Below are positions 10,242 through 20,344 of a stretch of 64,000 nt of DNA, piece by piece (the first letter of the stretch is position 1; each line of letters starts with the position of its first letter). Origin of the DNA: Pseudomonadota bacterium (GTDB lineage: Bacteria; Pseudomonadota; Gammaproteobacteria; UBA1113); NCBI GenBank assembly GCA_021778015.1, contig JAJYCX010000011.1, forward strand, positions 6,053 through 70,052, read 5' to 3'. The position numbers were made by a program, and so were the translations under genes. Below the pieces are notes generated by a model. The model made no database searches. It was given only the letters and a program-made list of their open reading frames with translations, and had not been told where the DNA came from.

Positions 10242-11372
10242 ATGAGTGTTGAAAAAACGAAGCGGCGTTATATACCAGTGTTTCGCCATTTACGCTTGGG
10301 CAATAAGGAATATTGGGTCATGGATCCCAAGTTAGCGTGCGGGCGTGCCGCAGAGCATTTAAAAAAAGGCTTAGATTTATTCCACGAAGAAGCCACTGCC
10401 GAAGAAAAAGCCTTAGGATGTGAAGAATTATTATTGGCCACCGATTTTGGCTGCCAAGAAGCGCCTTTCTTATTAGCATTACAAATTTTATCCTATCCAG
10501 ATGACCCTATTTTCCCACATCACGATCTTTTAAATTTATTACGTTTGGCTGCAGAGCGCGGCAATGGTCGAGCAGCATATCGTTTGGCCGCCAGTTACGC
10601 GCAGATGAATCATTTTCCAGTTATTGAATCATTAGGCGAAGCTCACTTTTCCTGTTTGCCAGCCCAAGATAGAATGCGTTTAGCAGAATATTATTTTGCG
10701 ATGGCCATTGCCGATGGTAATGATGAAGCAATGGATGAATTGATCATGGCGTATGCGTATGGTCGCGGCTTAATTGCTAAAAACTCAGCGAAGTTTCAGC
10801 GTTTGTGTGAAACCTTAGTGAAAAAAGGCAAACAAACTGTGATGATAGGCTATGGCGCTTGGTTATGTGGCATGACCGTGACGGGCAAAGCAATGTTGCC
10901 GGGTGCCGTGGAAGTACCTCAAGATCCTGCTAGAGGAATAGATTATCTTTTAAAAGCGTCTCGTGGCGCAAAATTAAATTTAGCACAACGTGCTTTACAT
11001 TTGGTGTTGGTGGCACAAAGTCAAGGTGCTTTAGGAACCGCTTCTTTGCAAAAGCTACAACGTCGTTTGTTTAAGGAAGCTAAAGATAAACATCAACTCT
11101 TAGCATTGTATTTTGCTTGGTATGCAACACCAGCGGCAATGCGCAGAGAAATTCCAGCATTTATAGCCGATGAACCTTTACCACAGTTGCAACATTTAGT
11201 TGTGCCCCATGAAGATTTAGCCATTAAATGGTTGGATCTCGCTTTGTTTGGTGCCGATGCTGCATTGTCAGATACCGCTAAATTATTGTTGGCAAATCTC
11301 TTTGCTAAAGTAGGCACGCCAAACAGCAAGAAAGTCGTCGATATAGATTTTTCTAAAGCCGATGGGGTTTGA
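10242..11372 (+). CDS. Sel1-like (SLR/TPR) repeat protein, no signal peptide
   Basis: Sel1-type repeats such as LAAERGNGRAAYRLAASYAQ and AIADGNDEAMDELIMAYAYGRG. GGAG lies upstream of the ATG. Confidence 0.7.
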   Translation: MSVEKTKRRYIPVFRHLRLGNKEYWVMDPKLACGRAAEHLKKGLDLFHEEATAEEKALGCEELLLATDFGCQEAPFLLALQILSYPDDPIFPHHDLLNLLRLAAERGNGRAAYRLAASYAQMNHFPVIESLGEAHFSCLPAQDRMRLAEYYFAMAIADGNDEAMDELIMAYAYGRGLIAKNSAKFQRLCETLVKKGKQTVMIGYGAWLCGMTVTGKAMLPGAVEVPQDPARGIDYLLKASRGAKLNLAQRALHLVLVAQSQGALGTASLQKLQRRLFKEAKDKHQLLALYFAWYATPAAMRREIPAFIADEPLPQLQHLVVPHEDLAIKWLDLALFGADAALSDTAKLLLANLFAKVGTPNSKKVVDIDFSKADGV

Positions 11373-11430
11373 ATTTATTCATAGCCTATAAGAAATTTGT
11401 AATTACTCTCCTTCTACTCTTTAATATCCC

Positions 11431-11460
11431 TCCGCTCCCTGACGGTCGACGCTCGGTTAC
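11431..11460 (-). repeat. GC-rich short dispersed repeat (family 2), reverse orientation
   Basis: TCCGCTCCCTGACGGTCGACGCTCGGTTAC is the reverse complement of the unit (T)AACCGAGCCGCGACCGTCAGGGAGCGGA seen at 21939, 25295, 25332 and 53150. Confidence 0.8.
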
Positions 11461-11469
11461 AAATACAAA

Positions 11470-12645
11470 TTAACGACTCGCCACCAACAACAGTTCATGT
11501 CCTACGCGTGTAGTATCCCCGAAAGCAGGATAGCGATTCGTCAACACAACCACACCGGATTGAGTGGCGGGAATTATGCCTATGTAAGAACGAAAACCGT
11601 CTAGAGTCCCCGTCTTTTCAATAATAGCACGCGCATTATATTTGCTGTCTAGCGAGGACAACTGTATCGCTGGAGTAGGGCCTACAGAATTGCTTTTCTT
11701 AGGCAAGATCCACATATCATTTTGTCGTTGCAATGGAATAATCACCCATCCTAAACCTTGTTGGTAAGTGCCAGCGCTGGCAAAAGGGGTTTCGGTTAAG
11801 CGCATGGCATTGGCAATATTCGGTGGTGTGCCGGGTAGTAGCAGGGCCGCACGCATAAATTTCTGCATATCGTTTCCAGATGCTTTGACGGCACTGGCAG
11901 CGGTGAATAAATAATCTTTAGGTGGCATGGGATTACCCGCACGATTATAACCCTTAGCACGATAAGGCGCGTAAATAGCAGGAACGGTTGTGCCTAGCGG
12001 CGTCATGCCCAAAGGAATTAGAATATTTTGCTGATATAGCGCATTAATGGGTTTGTGCGTCTTGTTTTCTAATACATAACCTAATAAACCCATGCCTACA
12101 TTGGAATAAGCCCAACTTTGGCCTATATGTACATGTGTTTGCCAACGACTAAAATAAGATAGGGCATCGCGATTGGTTTTGACCGTACTGGGTTCATCGT
12201 AAGGTAAACCTGCTGTATGCGTAGCCAAATTGCGCAGTGTGATTTTCCAAAAAGGGGTTTTAGTCTGAGCTTGAAATTCTGGAATATAAGTTGCAGCAGT
12301 ATCGTTCAATTTTAGATCTTGATGTAGGACTTCTTGTGCCAACAAGATGGAAGTGAATAACTTAGTGATGGAACCAATTTCAAAAATGGTACTGCCATTA
12401 ACGGGAATAGTTTTTTCCATGTCGGCATAGCCAAAATAATAAGCGTGTGGCACGCCATTAGAATATACCTCAACCACGGCGCCCGGGATTCCTCTTTTTT
12501 GCATCCACGGTTTCATAATATTGCTTATTTTAGTATCTAGCGTTTGCGCTGAATTGTCAGTGTCGGCCACGCGAGTGGCAGCAATACTGGGGCTCACAGC
12601 AAAAAACAAACTTAATAATACGCACAATCTTAAGCCATTTCTCAT
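11470..12645 (-). CDS. Class C beta-lactamase-family serine hydrolase (AmpC/esterase-like), secreted
   Basis: All three class C motifs are in order: SITK (SxxK), YSN, KTG. Signal peptide present. ATG 12645 is preferred over the track's TTG at 12678. Confidence 0.8.
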   Translation of the reverse strand: MRNGLRLCVLLSLFFAVSPSIAATRVADTDNSAQTLDTKISNIMKPWMQKRGIPGAVVEVYSNGVPHAYYFGYADMEKTIPVNGSTIFEIGSITKLFTSILLAQEVLHQDLKLNDTAATYIPEFQAQTKTPFWKITLRNLATHTAGLPYDEPSTVKTNRDALSYFSRWQTHVHIGQSWAYSNVGMGLLGYVLENKTHKPINALYQQNILIPLGMTPLGTTVPAIYAPYRAKGYNRAGNPMPPKDYLFTAASAVKASGNDMQKFMRAALLLPGTPPNIANAMRLTETPFASAGTYQQGLGWVIIPLQRQNDMWILPKKSNSVGPTPAIQLSSLDSKYNARAIIEKTGTLDGFRSYIGIIPATQSGVVVLTNRYPAFGDTTRVGHELLLVASR

Positions 12646-12866
12646 GATAAATAGGTATCCCTTTTTTTTCAAAACCAACAGCGAATGAGTATATACTCAT
12701 TGTACCTCAAAATGCGAATCAAACTAAGAGAAATATTATATCCTACCGGGTGGTTTAACAAGTGCGATAGAACTATATATAACAGGGACTTCTGCCGCTT
12801 GCGTATAAAGGGAAAGATCTGTTAGTCTTGAAGGAATAAACCAATCAATTAACCGATGGAGTTATT

Positions 12867-14888
12867 ATGGCTGTTAATGATGAACCTCTTTTCCCATCTT
12901 CGGCGGTAGTGCCGGAGATGACTTTCAAGGCGATGGTATTGGCCGTTATTTTAACTATTATATTGGCGGCTGCTAATGCGTTTTTAGCATTGAAGGTAGG
13001 TTTAACCATCGCGGCTTCTATTCCTGCAGCGGTGATTTCTATGGGGGTGTTGCATCTATTCAAGCGTTCTAATGCCTTGGAAAGTAACTTAGTGCAAACA
13101 TCTGCCTCAGCGGGTGAGGCTATGGCATCTGGTCTTATGTATTCTTTGCCCGCATTGCTCATTATGCACTATTGGATTGGTTTTCATTATTGGGAAACGA
13201 TGTTCATTGGTTTGGTCGGCGGTATTTTAGGGGTATTGTTTACCGTACCATTGCGTAAAGTATTATTGACAGAACGCAGTTTGAGTTTTCCTGAAGGCAC
13301 AGCCATAGGTAATATTTTGCGTGTGAATGCCGCAAAAGGGGTGGGCTTAAAAGAGTTATTGACTGGTGGCGCTTGGGGTGCCGTGATAGCACTATGTCAA
13401 ACCGGATTTAAGGTGTTGGGAGAATCTCTTCAATTTTGGACAGTGCGAGGGAAAGTCGCTTTTGGTATAGGCTGTGGTTTTTCTCCTGCATTAATCGGCG
13501 CGGGTTACATCATTGGCGTCAACGCGGCGGCAACCATTTTAATCGGCGTAGTGCTCGCTTGGGTGGTGGGTGTACCTGTGTTGTCATTAATTTATGGTTT
13601 GCCAGCGGGCATCACCGATCCTAGCCAAATTGCCTGGGCTTTATGGAAAACACAAATTCGTTATATCGGCGTGGGCACCATGATGATCGGCGGTATTTAT
13701 GCCATTATCGGCTTATTAAAACCGATTTACATCGGTATCAAAGCGTCGATGGTAGCAGCGTCTAAACTAGAAGCGGGTGCAGTCATTCCCAGAATAGAAC
13801 ACGATATGCCACTTAAGACCGTTTTATATCTGCTCATTGCTATCAGCATTCCCGGTTATTTTCTGTTAGCGCATTTTGGAGTCACCGATGCGTTGCCTAT
13901 TTCTTTGACCTCGGGCCGGTTGATGGTCTTTTTCTGCCTTATTTTCATTATTATAGCGGGCTTTTTCTTTTCCGCGGTCTGCGCTTATTTCGCAGGCTTG
14001 ATTGGTTCTTCGTCTTCTCCTATCTCCAGTATGTCTTTGATGTCTCTTATACTGTCTTCTTTACTCATTATATTGTGGTTAGGTACGAGTCTAGATTTCG
14101 ATGCTAAAAGTGCCCATACCTTGGCAGCTGCGGGTTTAGCTATTGTTATTACCGCTGTGATTTGTTCGGCGGCGGCCATCAGTTGCGATATCATGCAAGA
14201 CCTTAAGGCAGGGCATATGGTAGGCGCTACTCCTTGGAAACAACAACTCATGATGATGATCGGCGTGGTTGTTGCCGCAGTGACTTTACCTTTTGTGATC
14301 GACTTATTGTTTAATGCTTATGGCATAGGCGGTATTTTGCCGCATCCAGGTATGGATCCCAATCAAACTTTGCTGGCACCACAAGCCGGTTTGATGGCAA
14401 CGGTGGTGGAAGGTCTATTCACTCATCAATTCAATGCAACGATGTTGGCCGTAGGCATGGTGTTTGGGCTTATAGCCTTGTTGTTAAATCCCTTTTTACG
14501 TAAGAAAGGGTTTAGTATCCCTATCTTACCTCTGGGCATAGGTATTTATTTGCCTATCAGTACGACGACGCCCCTGATCATAGGTGGTTTTTTGTCTTAC
14601 TATGTTAAGCGTGCTATCGACAAACGGATTAAAAACGATGAGCCTGAACTGCGCGGTGCGAAAGAGCATAAGGCTAGCCAGGTCGGTATGTTAATTTCCT
14701 GTGGTATGGTAGCGGGAGCTTCCGTCATGGCGGTGATATTGGCGATTCCCTTTGGTATTAAAGGCAGCGCCGATGCACTGCGCTTAATTCCAGACAATTA
14801 CGATACCCTTGCTGAGTGGCTGAGCGCTGCTGTGACCGTTATTTTGATCTTGTGGTTCAGAAAACGAGTGCTGAATTCAGCGCGTTAA
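12867..14888 (+). CDS. OPT-family oligopeptide transporter
   Basis: 673 aa polytopic protein. The N-terminus (EMTFKAMVLAVILTIILAAANAFLALKVGLTIAASIPAAVISMGVL) is characteristic of the bacterial OPT family. Confidence 0.85.
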   Translation: MAVNDEPLFPSSAVVPEMTFKAMVLAVILTIILAAANAFLALKVGLTIAASIPAAVISMGVLHLFKRSNALESNLVQTSASAGEAMASGLMYSLPALLIMHYWIGFHYWETMFIGLVGGILGVLFTVPLRKVLLTERSLSFPEGTAIGNILRVNAAKGVGLKELLTGGAWGAVIALCQTGFKVLGESLQFWTVRGKVAFGIGCGFSPALIGAGYIIGVNAAATILIGVVLAWVVGVPVLSLIYGLPAGITDPSQIAWALWKTQIRYIGVGTMMIGGIYAIIGLLKPIYIGIKASMVAASKLEAGAVIPRIEHDMPLKTVLYLLIAISIPGYFLLAHFGVTDALPISLTSGRLMVFFCLIFIIIAGFFFSAVCAYFAGLIGSSSSPISSMSLMSLILSSLLIILWLGTSLDFDAKSAHTLAAAGLAIVITAVICSAAAISCDIMQDLKAGHMVGATPWKQQLMMMIGVVVAAVTLPFVIDLLFNAYGIGGILPHPGMDPNQTLLAPQAGLMATVVEGLFTHQFNATMLAVGMVFGLIALLLNPFLRKKGFSIPILPLGIGIYLPISTTTPLIIGGFLSYYVKRAIDKRIKNDEPELRGAKEHKASQVGMLISCGMVAGASVMAVILAIPFGIKGSADALRLIPDNYDTLAEWLSAAVTVILILWFRKRVLNSAR

Positions 14889-14939
14889 GCTAATGGCCTT
14901 AACGCTATAAGCGATTTGCAAACTATAGGCGCCAAGTTG

Positions 14940-15243
14940 GGTTCTGCGCATTTGTCATCCTCGACCAGGCCGCGAGGCCGCAGTCGGGGATCCAGGAAAA
15001 AAGCTTGAATCGAAACTGGCTCCTCGACTTCGTCGAGGATGACAATGTGCGGGATTCTCTACTTCAGCAGACAACGTTATAAATCTAGCTCTTACCCTAA
15101 AAATAATACAAATGGATGAATTCACTCGATACAAAGCGCGATAGCTATGGCGGGGTGTTCCGGTGAGGGCGTCCTCGTCGCGCGCAGGGACGAGCACGAC
15201 GGAGAGGTCGCGTGACCGGGCCCGGCTAGTTTGAACGATAACG
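14940..15243. repeat. Composite repeat, copy C: long-form palindromic core (14954-15053) plus a ~175-bp arm with a GC-rich module (15140-15235)
   Basis: Aligns by eye with the reverse complement of 21650-21882. The stretch TTCTGCGCATTTGTCATCCTCGACCAGGCCGCGAGGCCGCAGTCGGGGAT is near-identical in both. The arm ACGTTATA.ATCTAG...CTCGATACAAAGC..GGCGGGGTGTTCCGGTGAGGG...GAACGATAACG is shared with substitutions and indels. Confidence 0.85.
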
Positions 15244-15361
15244 GTTCCACCTAAGCCTAATTACACTTAGAAGTATGCGTGCAGAGGCAATAATGATGGC
15301 GATGAGAGCTTATTGCCTTAAAAAAGACCACGGTTTAATGAGAATAAGGACCAGAATGCCC

Positions 15362-15390
15362 TTGAGTTTTAGCCTCAGATAGAATATAAT
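15362..15390 (+). promoter_or_regulatory. Sigma-70-type promoter for metY and the nusA-infB operon
   Basis: TTGAGT (15362-15367), a 17-nt spacer, then TATAAT (15385-15390). A GC-rich discriminator (GGCGC) follows. The site is 30 nt upstream of the tRNA 5' end. Confidence 0.6.
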
Positions 15391-15419
15391 GGCGCTTGGT
15401 GTGGAAACAATGGTTTTAT

Positions 15420-15496
<77 letters not shown>

Positions 15497-15540
15497 AATT
15501 AAAAAAATGTGGCTATGCCTAGAAGCGTGGCTTACGAGAT

Positions 15541-15597
15541 AAAAAAACCCCGCTAGGGGTTTTTTTATGTGCAAAAATGGGCTATAGGCCCATTTTT
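15541..15597 (+). terminator. Two tandem intrinsic-terminator/attenuator hairpins between metY and rimP
   Basis: Hairpin 1: A7-CCCC-GCTA-GGGG-T7 (15541-15566). Hairpin 2: AAAAATGGGC-TATAG-GCCCATTTTT (15573-15597). Confidence 0.6.
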
Positions 15598-15620
15598 AGT
15601 TTTTAGAGAGTGTGTGAATT

Positions 15621-16082
15621 ATGTACAAACAATTAGATGCATTAATAGCGCCAGCGCTGACCCATTTGGGCTATGAGTACTGGGGCTGTGAACAACGACT
15701 AGAAGGACGTCGTTGTATCTATTGTATTTATATTGATAAACCAGGTGGTGTAAACTTAGATGACTGTGCCAAAGCCAGCGCTGACATAGCAGCTTTATTA
15801 GAAGCTGAAAGTGATTTGAGCGAGGCCTATGTTTTAGAAGTTTCTTCGCCAGGAATAGAAAGGCCGTTGTTTGACCTTCTGCAATATCAACGGTTTATAG
15901 GGGAAGTGGTGAGTATCAAGCTGCACGAAAAAATGGCTGAGCGACGATTGTGGCAAGGCGTTTTAACGGCAGTGACGGACAAAGAGGTCGTTATCAAAAT
16001 AGATGAAGCCGAATATCCAATACCATTCATCAACATTGCTAGGGGACATTTGGTAGCAGCCGAATTATTGAAAAAGGCGTGA
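15621..16082 (+). CDS. rimP: Ribosome maturation factor RimP
   Basis: 153 aa with LEVSSPGIERPL. Conserved position between metY and nusA. Confidence 0.9.
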   Translation: MYKQLDALIAPALTHLGYEYWGCEQRLEGRRCIYCIYIDKPGGVNLDDCAKASADIAALLEAESDLSEAYVLEVSSPGIERPLFDLLQYQRFIGEVVSIKLHEKMAERRLWQGVLTAVTDKEVVIKIDEAEYPIPFINIARGHLVAAELLKKA

Positions 16083-16103
16083 GTAGTTAGAAGTGGGGCC
16101 AAT

Positions 16104-17588
16104 ATGAGTAAAGAAGTTTTATTACTAGTCAAATCCTTATCCGATACTAAAGGTATCGATCAAAATGTTGCGTTTCAAGCACTGGAAGCGGCATTGGTTA
16201 TGGCAACCAAAAAACGTTATGGTGCCGATTGGGATGTAGTGGTTAAGGTAGATAGAGAGTCTGGTGAACACACGACGACGCGCCGTATCAGCATTGTTGC
16301 TGATGAAGATTATATGATAGAAGGTGCGCAGTTAAATATTACCGAAGCTTTAGCAAAAGGGATGCAAGTGAAAGTAGGCGATGTGATAGAAAGCCAAATA
16401 GAATCTGTTTCTTTTGGCCGTATAGATGCACAAGCTGCTAAACATATTATTTTGCAGAAGATTCGTGAAGCTGAACGCCAAGAAGTGGTGAATATTTTTG
16501 CCGACAAAGTTGGCCAATTGTTTACGGCAGTGGTGAAGAAAGTGACGCGGGAATGGTTATTATTAGACTTAGGCTTTAGCGCCGAAGGTTTGTTGCAACG
16601 TTCAGAGATGTTGCAAACGGATGCATTTCGCATAGGCGATCGCGTGCGTGCGTATTTATACGATGTGCATTATGAACCTCGTGGTCCACAATTATTTTTT
16701 AGCCGCACTCAACCGGGTATGTTGACGGAATTATTTAGAATTGAAGTGCCAGAAATTGGTGAGCAAATTATCCAAGTGATGGCAGCAGCGCGCGATCCCG
16801 GTATACGTGCAAAAATAGCGGTTAAAACCAACGATGGTCGTATTGATCCGATCGGTGCTTGTATCGGTATGCGTGGTTCTAGAGTGCAGGCCGTATCCAA
16901 TGAATTAGGTGGTGAGCGTGTAGACATAGTGCTGTGGGATGATAATCCTGCGCAATTGGTCATCAATGCTATGGCGCCAGCGGAAATTCAATCTATAGTG
17001 GTGGATGAAAATTTACATTCCATCGATATCGCGGTGAAACCAGAACAATTGTCGCAAGCCATAGGCCGTAATGGACAAAATGTGCGTTTGGCCAGCGAAT
17101 TAACGGGTTGGACTTTAAATGTAATGACTCCAGATGAAATCGAAGCCAAAGCGGTAGTAGAGCAAGGCTCATATCAAGACTTTTTTGCCGAGAAATTAAA
17201 TCTGGAAGAAGAAATCGCTGCTATTTTAGTACGCGAAGGCTTTACGACTCTAGAAGAAGTGGCTTATGTCTCGTTGGAAGATATGCTGGCCATAGAAGAA
17301 TTTGACGAAGATATCGTTGCTGCTTTGCGAGAACGTGCTTTAGAAGCCATCGCTCATGAAGCAGAAGTGCGTAAATCTATCGTCAAACCCGCAACAGATT
17401 TATTGACGATGGAAGGCATGACAGAAGAGTTGGCATATCGTTTGGCGGAAAACGGCATTATCACTATGGAAGATCTGGCTGAATTGGCTATAGACGATCT
17501 GATAGAAGTTGATGCCAATTTAAGTGCAGAACATGCTGCACAATTGATTATGAAGGCGCGTGAACCTTGGTTTGCGAGTGATAAATAG
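16104..17588 (+). CDS. nusA: Transcription termination/antitermination factor NusA
   Basis: 494 aa. S1 and KH domains (ACIGMRGSRVQAVSNELGGERVDIV) plus C-terminal acidic repeats. Confidence 0.95.
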   Translation: MSKEVLLLVKSLSDTKGIDQNVAFQALEAALVMATKKRYGADWDVVVKVDRESGEHTTTRRISIVADEDYMIEGAQLNITEALAKGMQVKVGDVIESQIESVSFGRIDAQAAKHIILQKIREAERQEVVNIFADKVGQLFTAVVKKVTREWLLLDLGFSAEGLLQRSEMLQTDAFRIGDRVRAYLYDVHYEPRGPQLFFSRTQPGMLTELFRIEVPEIGEQIIQVMAAARDPGIRAKIAVKTNDGRIDPIGACIGMRGSRVQAVSNELGGERVDIVLWDDNPAQLVINAMAPAEIQSIVVDENLHSIDIAVKPEQLSQAIGRNGQNVRLASELTGWTLNVMTPDEIEAKAVVEQGSYQDFFAEKLNLEEEIAAILVREGFTTLEEVAYVSLEDMLAIEEFDEDIVAALRERALEAIAHEAEVRKSIVKPATDLLTMEGMTEELAYRLAENGIITMEDLAELAIDDLIEVDANLSAEHAAQLIMKAREPWFASDK

Positions 17589-17600
17589 AGATATCGTCTA

Positions 17601-17798
17601 GCTATACTCATCATCAATGAAGATGCGAGATTTGATATACCTGTTGTGCTTGAATCGAAGCTTTGTCATCCTCGACGAAGTCGGGGGTCCAGTTTCGATT
17701 TAAGTTTTTACCGGATCCCCGATTGGGCCTCGACGCCTGGTCGAGGATGACAAAGCTTTGGCTAAAAATTCGTATCTTGAAGTGGAATGAGTATATAC
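17601..17798. repeat. Nested-palindrome MITE-like element, copy E, inside the nusA-infB intergenic region
   Basis: Outer inverted repeats GCTATACTCAT...ATGAGTATA. Left TIR TGAAGATGCGAG (17618-17629). Cores GTCATCCTCGACGAAGTCGGGGGTCCAG...GGATCCCCGA...GGTCGAGGATGAC. Confidence 0.85.
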
Positions 17799-17869
17799 TT
17801 CTAGTGTCAAATAAGGTTTTTTTGAGAAGTAACGCGGACGCTGATGCGTTGGATAAGAAGAGGTGATTT

Positions 17870-20344
17870 ATGACAGAACATGACGACAAGCAAAAAGTAG
17901 ATGCAAAAGAAAAGTCTGTTGCTGCACCTAAAAAGCTGAGTTTAAAGAAAACCAGTGTGGCGCCTGCTGAAGAAAATAAAGAAAGTGCTAAGGCGACTAC
18001 AAAAATCGCTCTGAAAAAAAATGTGGCCAGCCAACTTTCAGTGGCCCAAACTGAAGGACGCAGCAAGGTTCGTAATGTAGATGTGATGGTCAAAAAGAAA
18101 CCCACATTAAAAAAAGCAGTATTAGCACGACCTGAAGTAGAAGAACCGGCCGCAGAAGAAGCTATAGCCGCAGAAGCTTTAGCGGCAGAACAAACACAGG
18201 CTATTTCTGAGGAACAAGCCGTAGAACAAAAAGAAGTGGATTCTAAAGATAAATCTACTACAGCGTCAAAAGCAAAAACGAAGAAAACCAGCGATGTAGC
18301 GCAACCTTCACTATCGTTAGATGAAGGCTTTAAAAAAGTAGAAGCAGAAGTTAAAGCAACGCAAAATAAACTCGTCATTAGAGATGAAGGAGCGGATGAA
18401 TTTGGGGATGGTAAGCGCAGTCATAAAAAAGATCTGCGCCGTAAACTGGACGATACAGGACCTGCCAGCAAACGCCATAAAATAGAAAAACGCAGTGGTT
18501 TTCAGCATAATAGAGATCGCACCAAAAAAGGTCCGGATGAAGCCAGGCGCGCATTGCATCAAGAATTTGCTAAACCCATGGCACCGATGATACATGAGAT
18601 TTTTGTCCCTGAAACCATTACTGTTGCCGAGTTAGCACAAAAAATGTCGGTCAAAGGGGTGGATGTGATCAAAGCCTTGATGAAATTGGGTGCAATGGCA
18701 ACCATTAATCAAGTCATCGATCAAGATACAGCTATGATTGTCGTTGAAGAAATGGGCCATATTGCTAAACAAGCTAAAGCTAATGAAATGGACAGCGATG
18801 TATTTTTAGAAGAAGCCTCCGTTGGGGGTACAGAGGTACCACGGCCGCCGGTGGTTACTATTATGGGCCACGTCGATCATGGTAAAACCTCATTATTAGA
18901 TTATATACGCCGCACTAAAGTCGCTAGCGGTGAAGCAGGCGGTATCACGCAACACATAGGTGCATATCATGTTACCGTAGACAGAGGCACGATTACTTTT
19001 TTGGATACTCCTGGCCATGAAGCCTTTACCGCTATGCGCGCGCGCGGTGCACAGTGTACCGATATCGTCGTATTAGTGGTTGCTGCCGATGATGGTGTGA
19101 TGCCGCAAACCATAGAAGCCATAGAACATGCGCGTGCGGCCGAGGTGCCTATCGTGGTGGCGATAACAAAAATCGATAAACCGGGCGCCGATGCTGAAAA
19201 AATTATAGGGGCATTAGCGAATTATGGCGTAATCTCGGAAAAATGGGGCGGCGATGCTTTATTTGTTTCTGTTTCCTCTAAATCGGGTGAGGGTATAGAT
19301 GATTTATTAAATGCCATCTTATTGCAATCCGAAATGTTGGAATTGCGGGCTAAAATCGGCATTCCTGCGCGCGGTATTGTGCTGGAATCGCGTTTAGATA
19401 AGGGTCGCGGACCGGTCGCTTCTATTTTAGTGCGCAATGGCGAACTTAAAAAAGGCGATATTATTTTAACGGGTTTTGAATTTGGTCGTGTGCGGGCATT
19501 GTTTGATGAAACAGGCCATGCGATTACCGAAGCAGGTCCCTCTATTCCGGTAGAAGTGTTGGGTTTATCGGGAACGCCTAATGCGGGTAGCGATGTATGG
19601 GTCGTGAGCGATGAGAAAAAAGCGCGTGAAATTGCCTTATATAGACAAGGCAAATTCAGAGAAGTTAAATTGGCCAGCCAGCAAGGCGCAAAATTAGACA
19701 ATGTCTTTGAACGTTTGAGCGAAGGCGCTTTAAATGTTTTAAATATAGTTTTAAAAACGGACGTACAAGGTTCTGCTGAAGCATTGCGCGATGCATTGAC
19801 GAAATTGTCTACGGATGAAGTGAAAGTTAAAATTATTTCCAGTGCCGTAGGTGGTATTACTGAAACAGATATTAATTTGGCGATTGCGTCTAAAGCCATT
19901 GTTATGGGCTTTAATGTGCGCGCCGATGCTGGTGCTAGAAAATTAGTGGCGGCAGAAGGCGTAGATCTACGCTATTACAGCGTGATTTATAGCGCTATAG
20001 AAGAAGTCAAACAAGCTTTAACGGGTATGTTATCGCCAGAGCTGAAAGAAAAAATAGTGGGTATTGCCGAGGTACGTGATGTATTTCGTTCACCGAAATT
20101 TGGTGCCATTGCCGGTTGCATGGTTACAGAAGGACAGGTCAAACGTCATTTGCCTTTACGTGTATTGCGCGACAACGTCGTTATTTATGAAGGCGAATTA
20201 GAATCATTACGCCGCTTTAAAGAAGATGTGGCTGAAGTGCGCCATGGCATGGAATGCGGGATAGGTGTTAAAAATTATAATGACGTCAAAGTGGGCGATC
20301 AAATCGAAGTGTATGAAGTCATTAAAGTAGCGAAAACATTATAA
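17870..20344 (+). CDS. infB: Translation initiation factor IF-2
   Basis: 824 aa. GTPase motifs [14 protein letters not shown] and TKID. K/A/E-rich N-terminal region. GAGGTG SD sequence. Confidence 0.95.
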   Translation: MTEHDDKQKVDAKEKSVAAPKKLSLKKTSVAPAEENKESAKATTKIALKKNVASQLSVAQTEGRSKVRNVDVMVKKKPTLKKAVLARPEVEEPAAEEAIAAEALAAEQTQAISEEQAVEQKEVDSKDKSTTASKAKTKKTSDVAQPSLSLDEGFKKVEAEVKATQNKLVIRDEGADEFGDGKRSHKKDLRRKLDDTGPASKRHKIEKRSGFQHNRDRTKKGPDEARRALHQEFAKPMAPMIHEIFVPETITVAELAQKMSVKGVDVIKALMKLGAMATINQVIDQDTAMIVVEEMGHIAKQAKANEMDSDVFLEEASVGGTEVPRPPVVTIMGHVDHGKTSLLDYIRRTKVASGEAGGITQHIGAYHVTVDRGTITFLDTPGHEAFTAMRARGAQCTDIVVLVVAADDGVMPQTIEAIEHARAAEVPIVVAITKIDKPGADAEKIIGALANYGVISEKWGGDALFVSVSSKSGEGIDDLLNAILLQSEMLELRAKIGIPARGIVLESRLDKGRGPVASILVRNGELKKGDIILTGFEFGRVRALFDETGHAITEAGPSIPVEVLGLSGTPNAGSDVWVVSDEKKAREIALYRQGKFREVKLASQQGAKLDNVFERLSEGALNVLNIVLKTDVQGSAEALRDALTKLSTDEVKVKIISSAVGGITETDINLAIASKAIVMGFNVRADAGARKLVAAEGVDLRYYSVIYSAIEEVKQALTGMLSPELKEKIVGIAEVRDVFRSPKFGAIAGCMVTEGQVKRHLPLRVLRDNVVIYEGELESLRRFKEDVAEVRHGMECGIGVKNYNDVKVGDQIEVYEVIKVAKTL

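Noticed and set aside
14955-15197. 80-aa minus-strand ORF
   Set aside because: It lies entirely within composite repeat copy C. The Arg/Pro/Gly-rich product reflects the GC-rich repeat module, and the second repeat copy does not preserve the frame.
17614-18378. 254-aa minus-strand ORF
   Set aside because: It lies antisense to the low-complexity K/A/E-rich N-terminal region of infB and runs into palindromic element E. The Ser/Ala/Phe-rich translation is typical of an antisense artefact.
19222-19899. 225-aa minus-strand ORF inside infB, and similar antisense ORFs inside rluD, putA, mfd, pnp, nusA and fhs
   Set aside because: All are fully contained within strongly supported genes on the other strand and have no motifs of their own.
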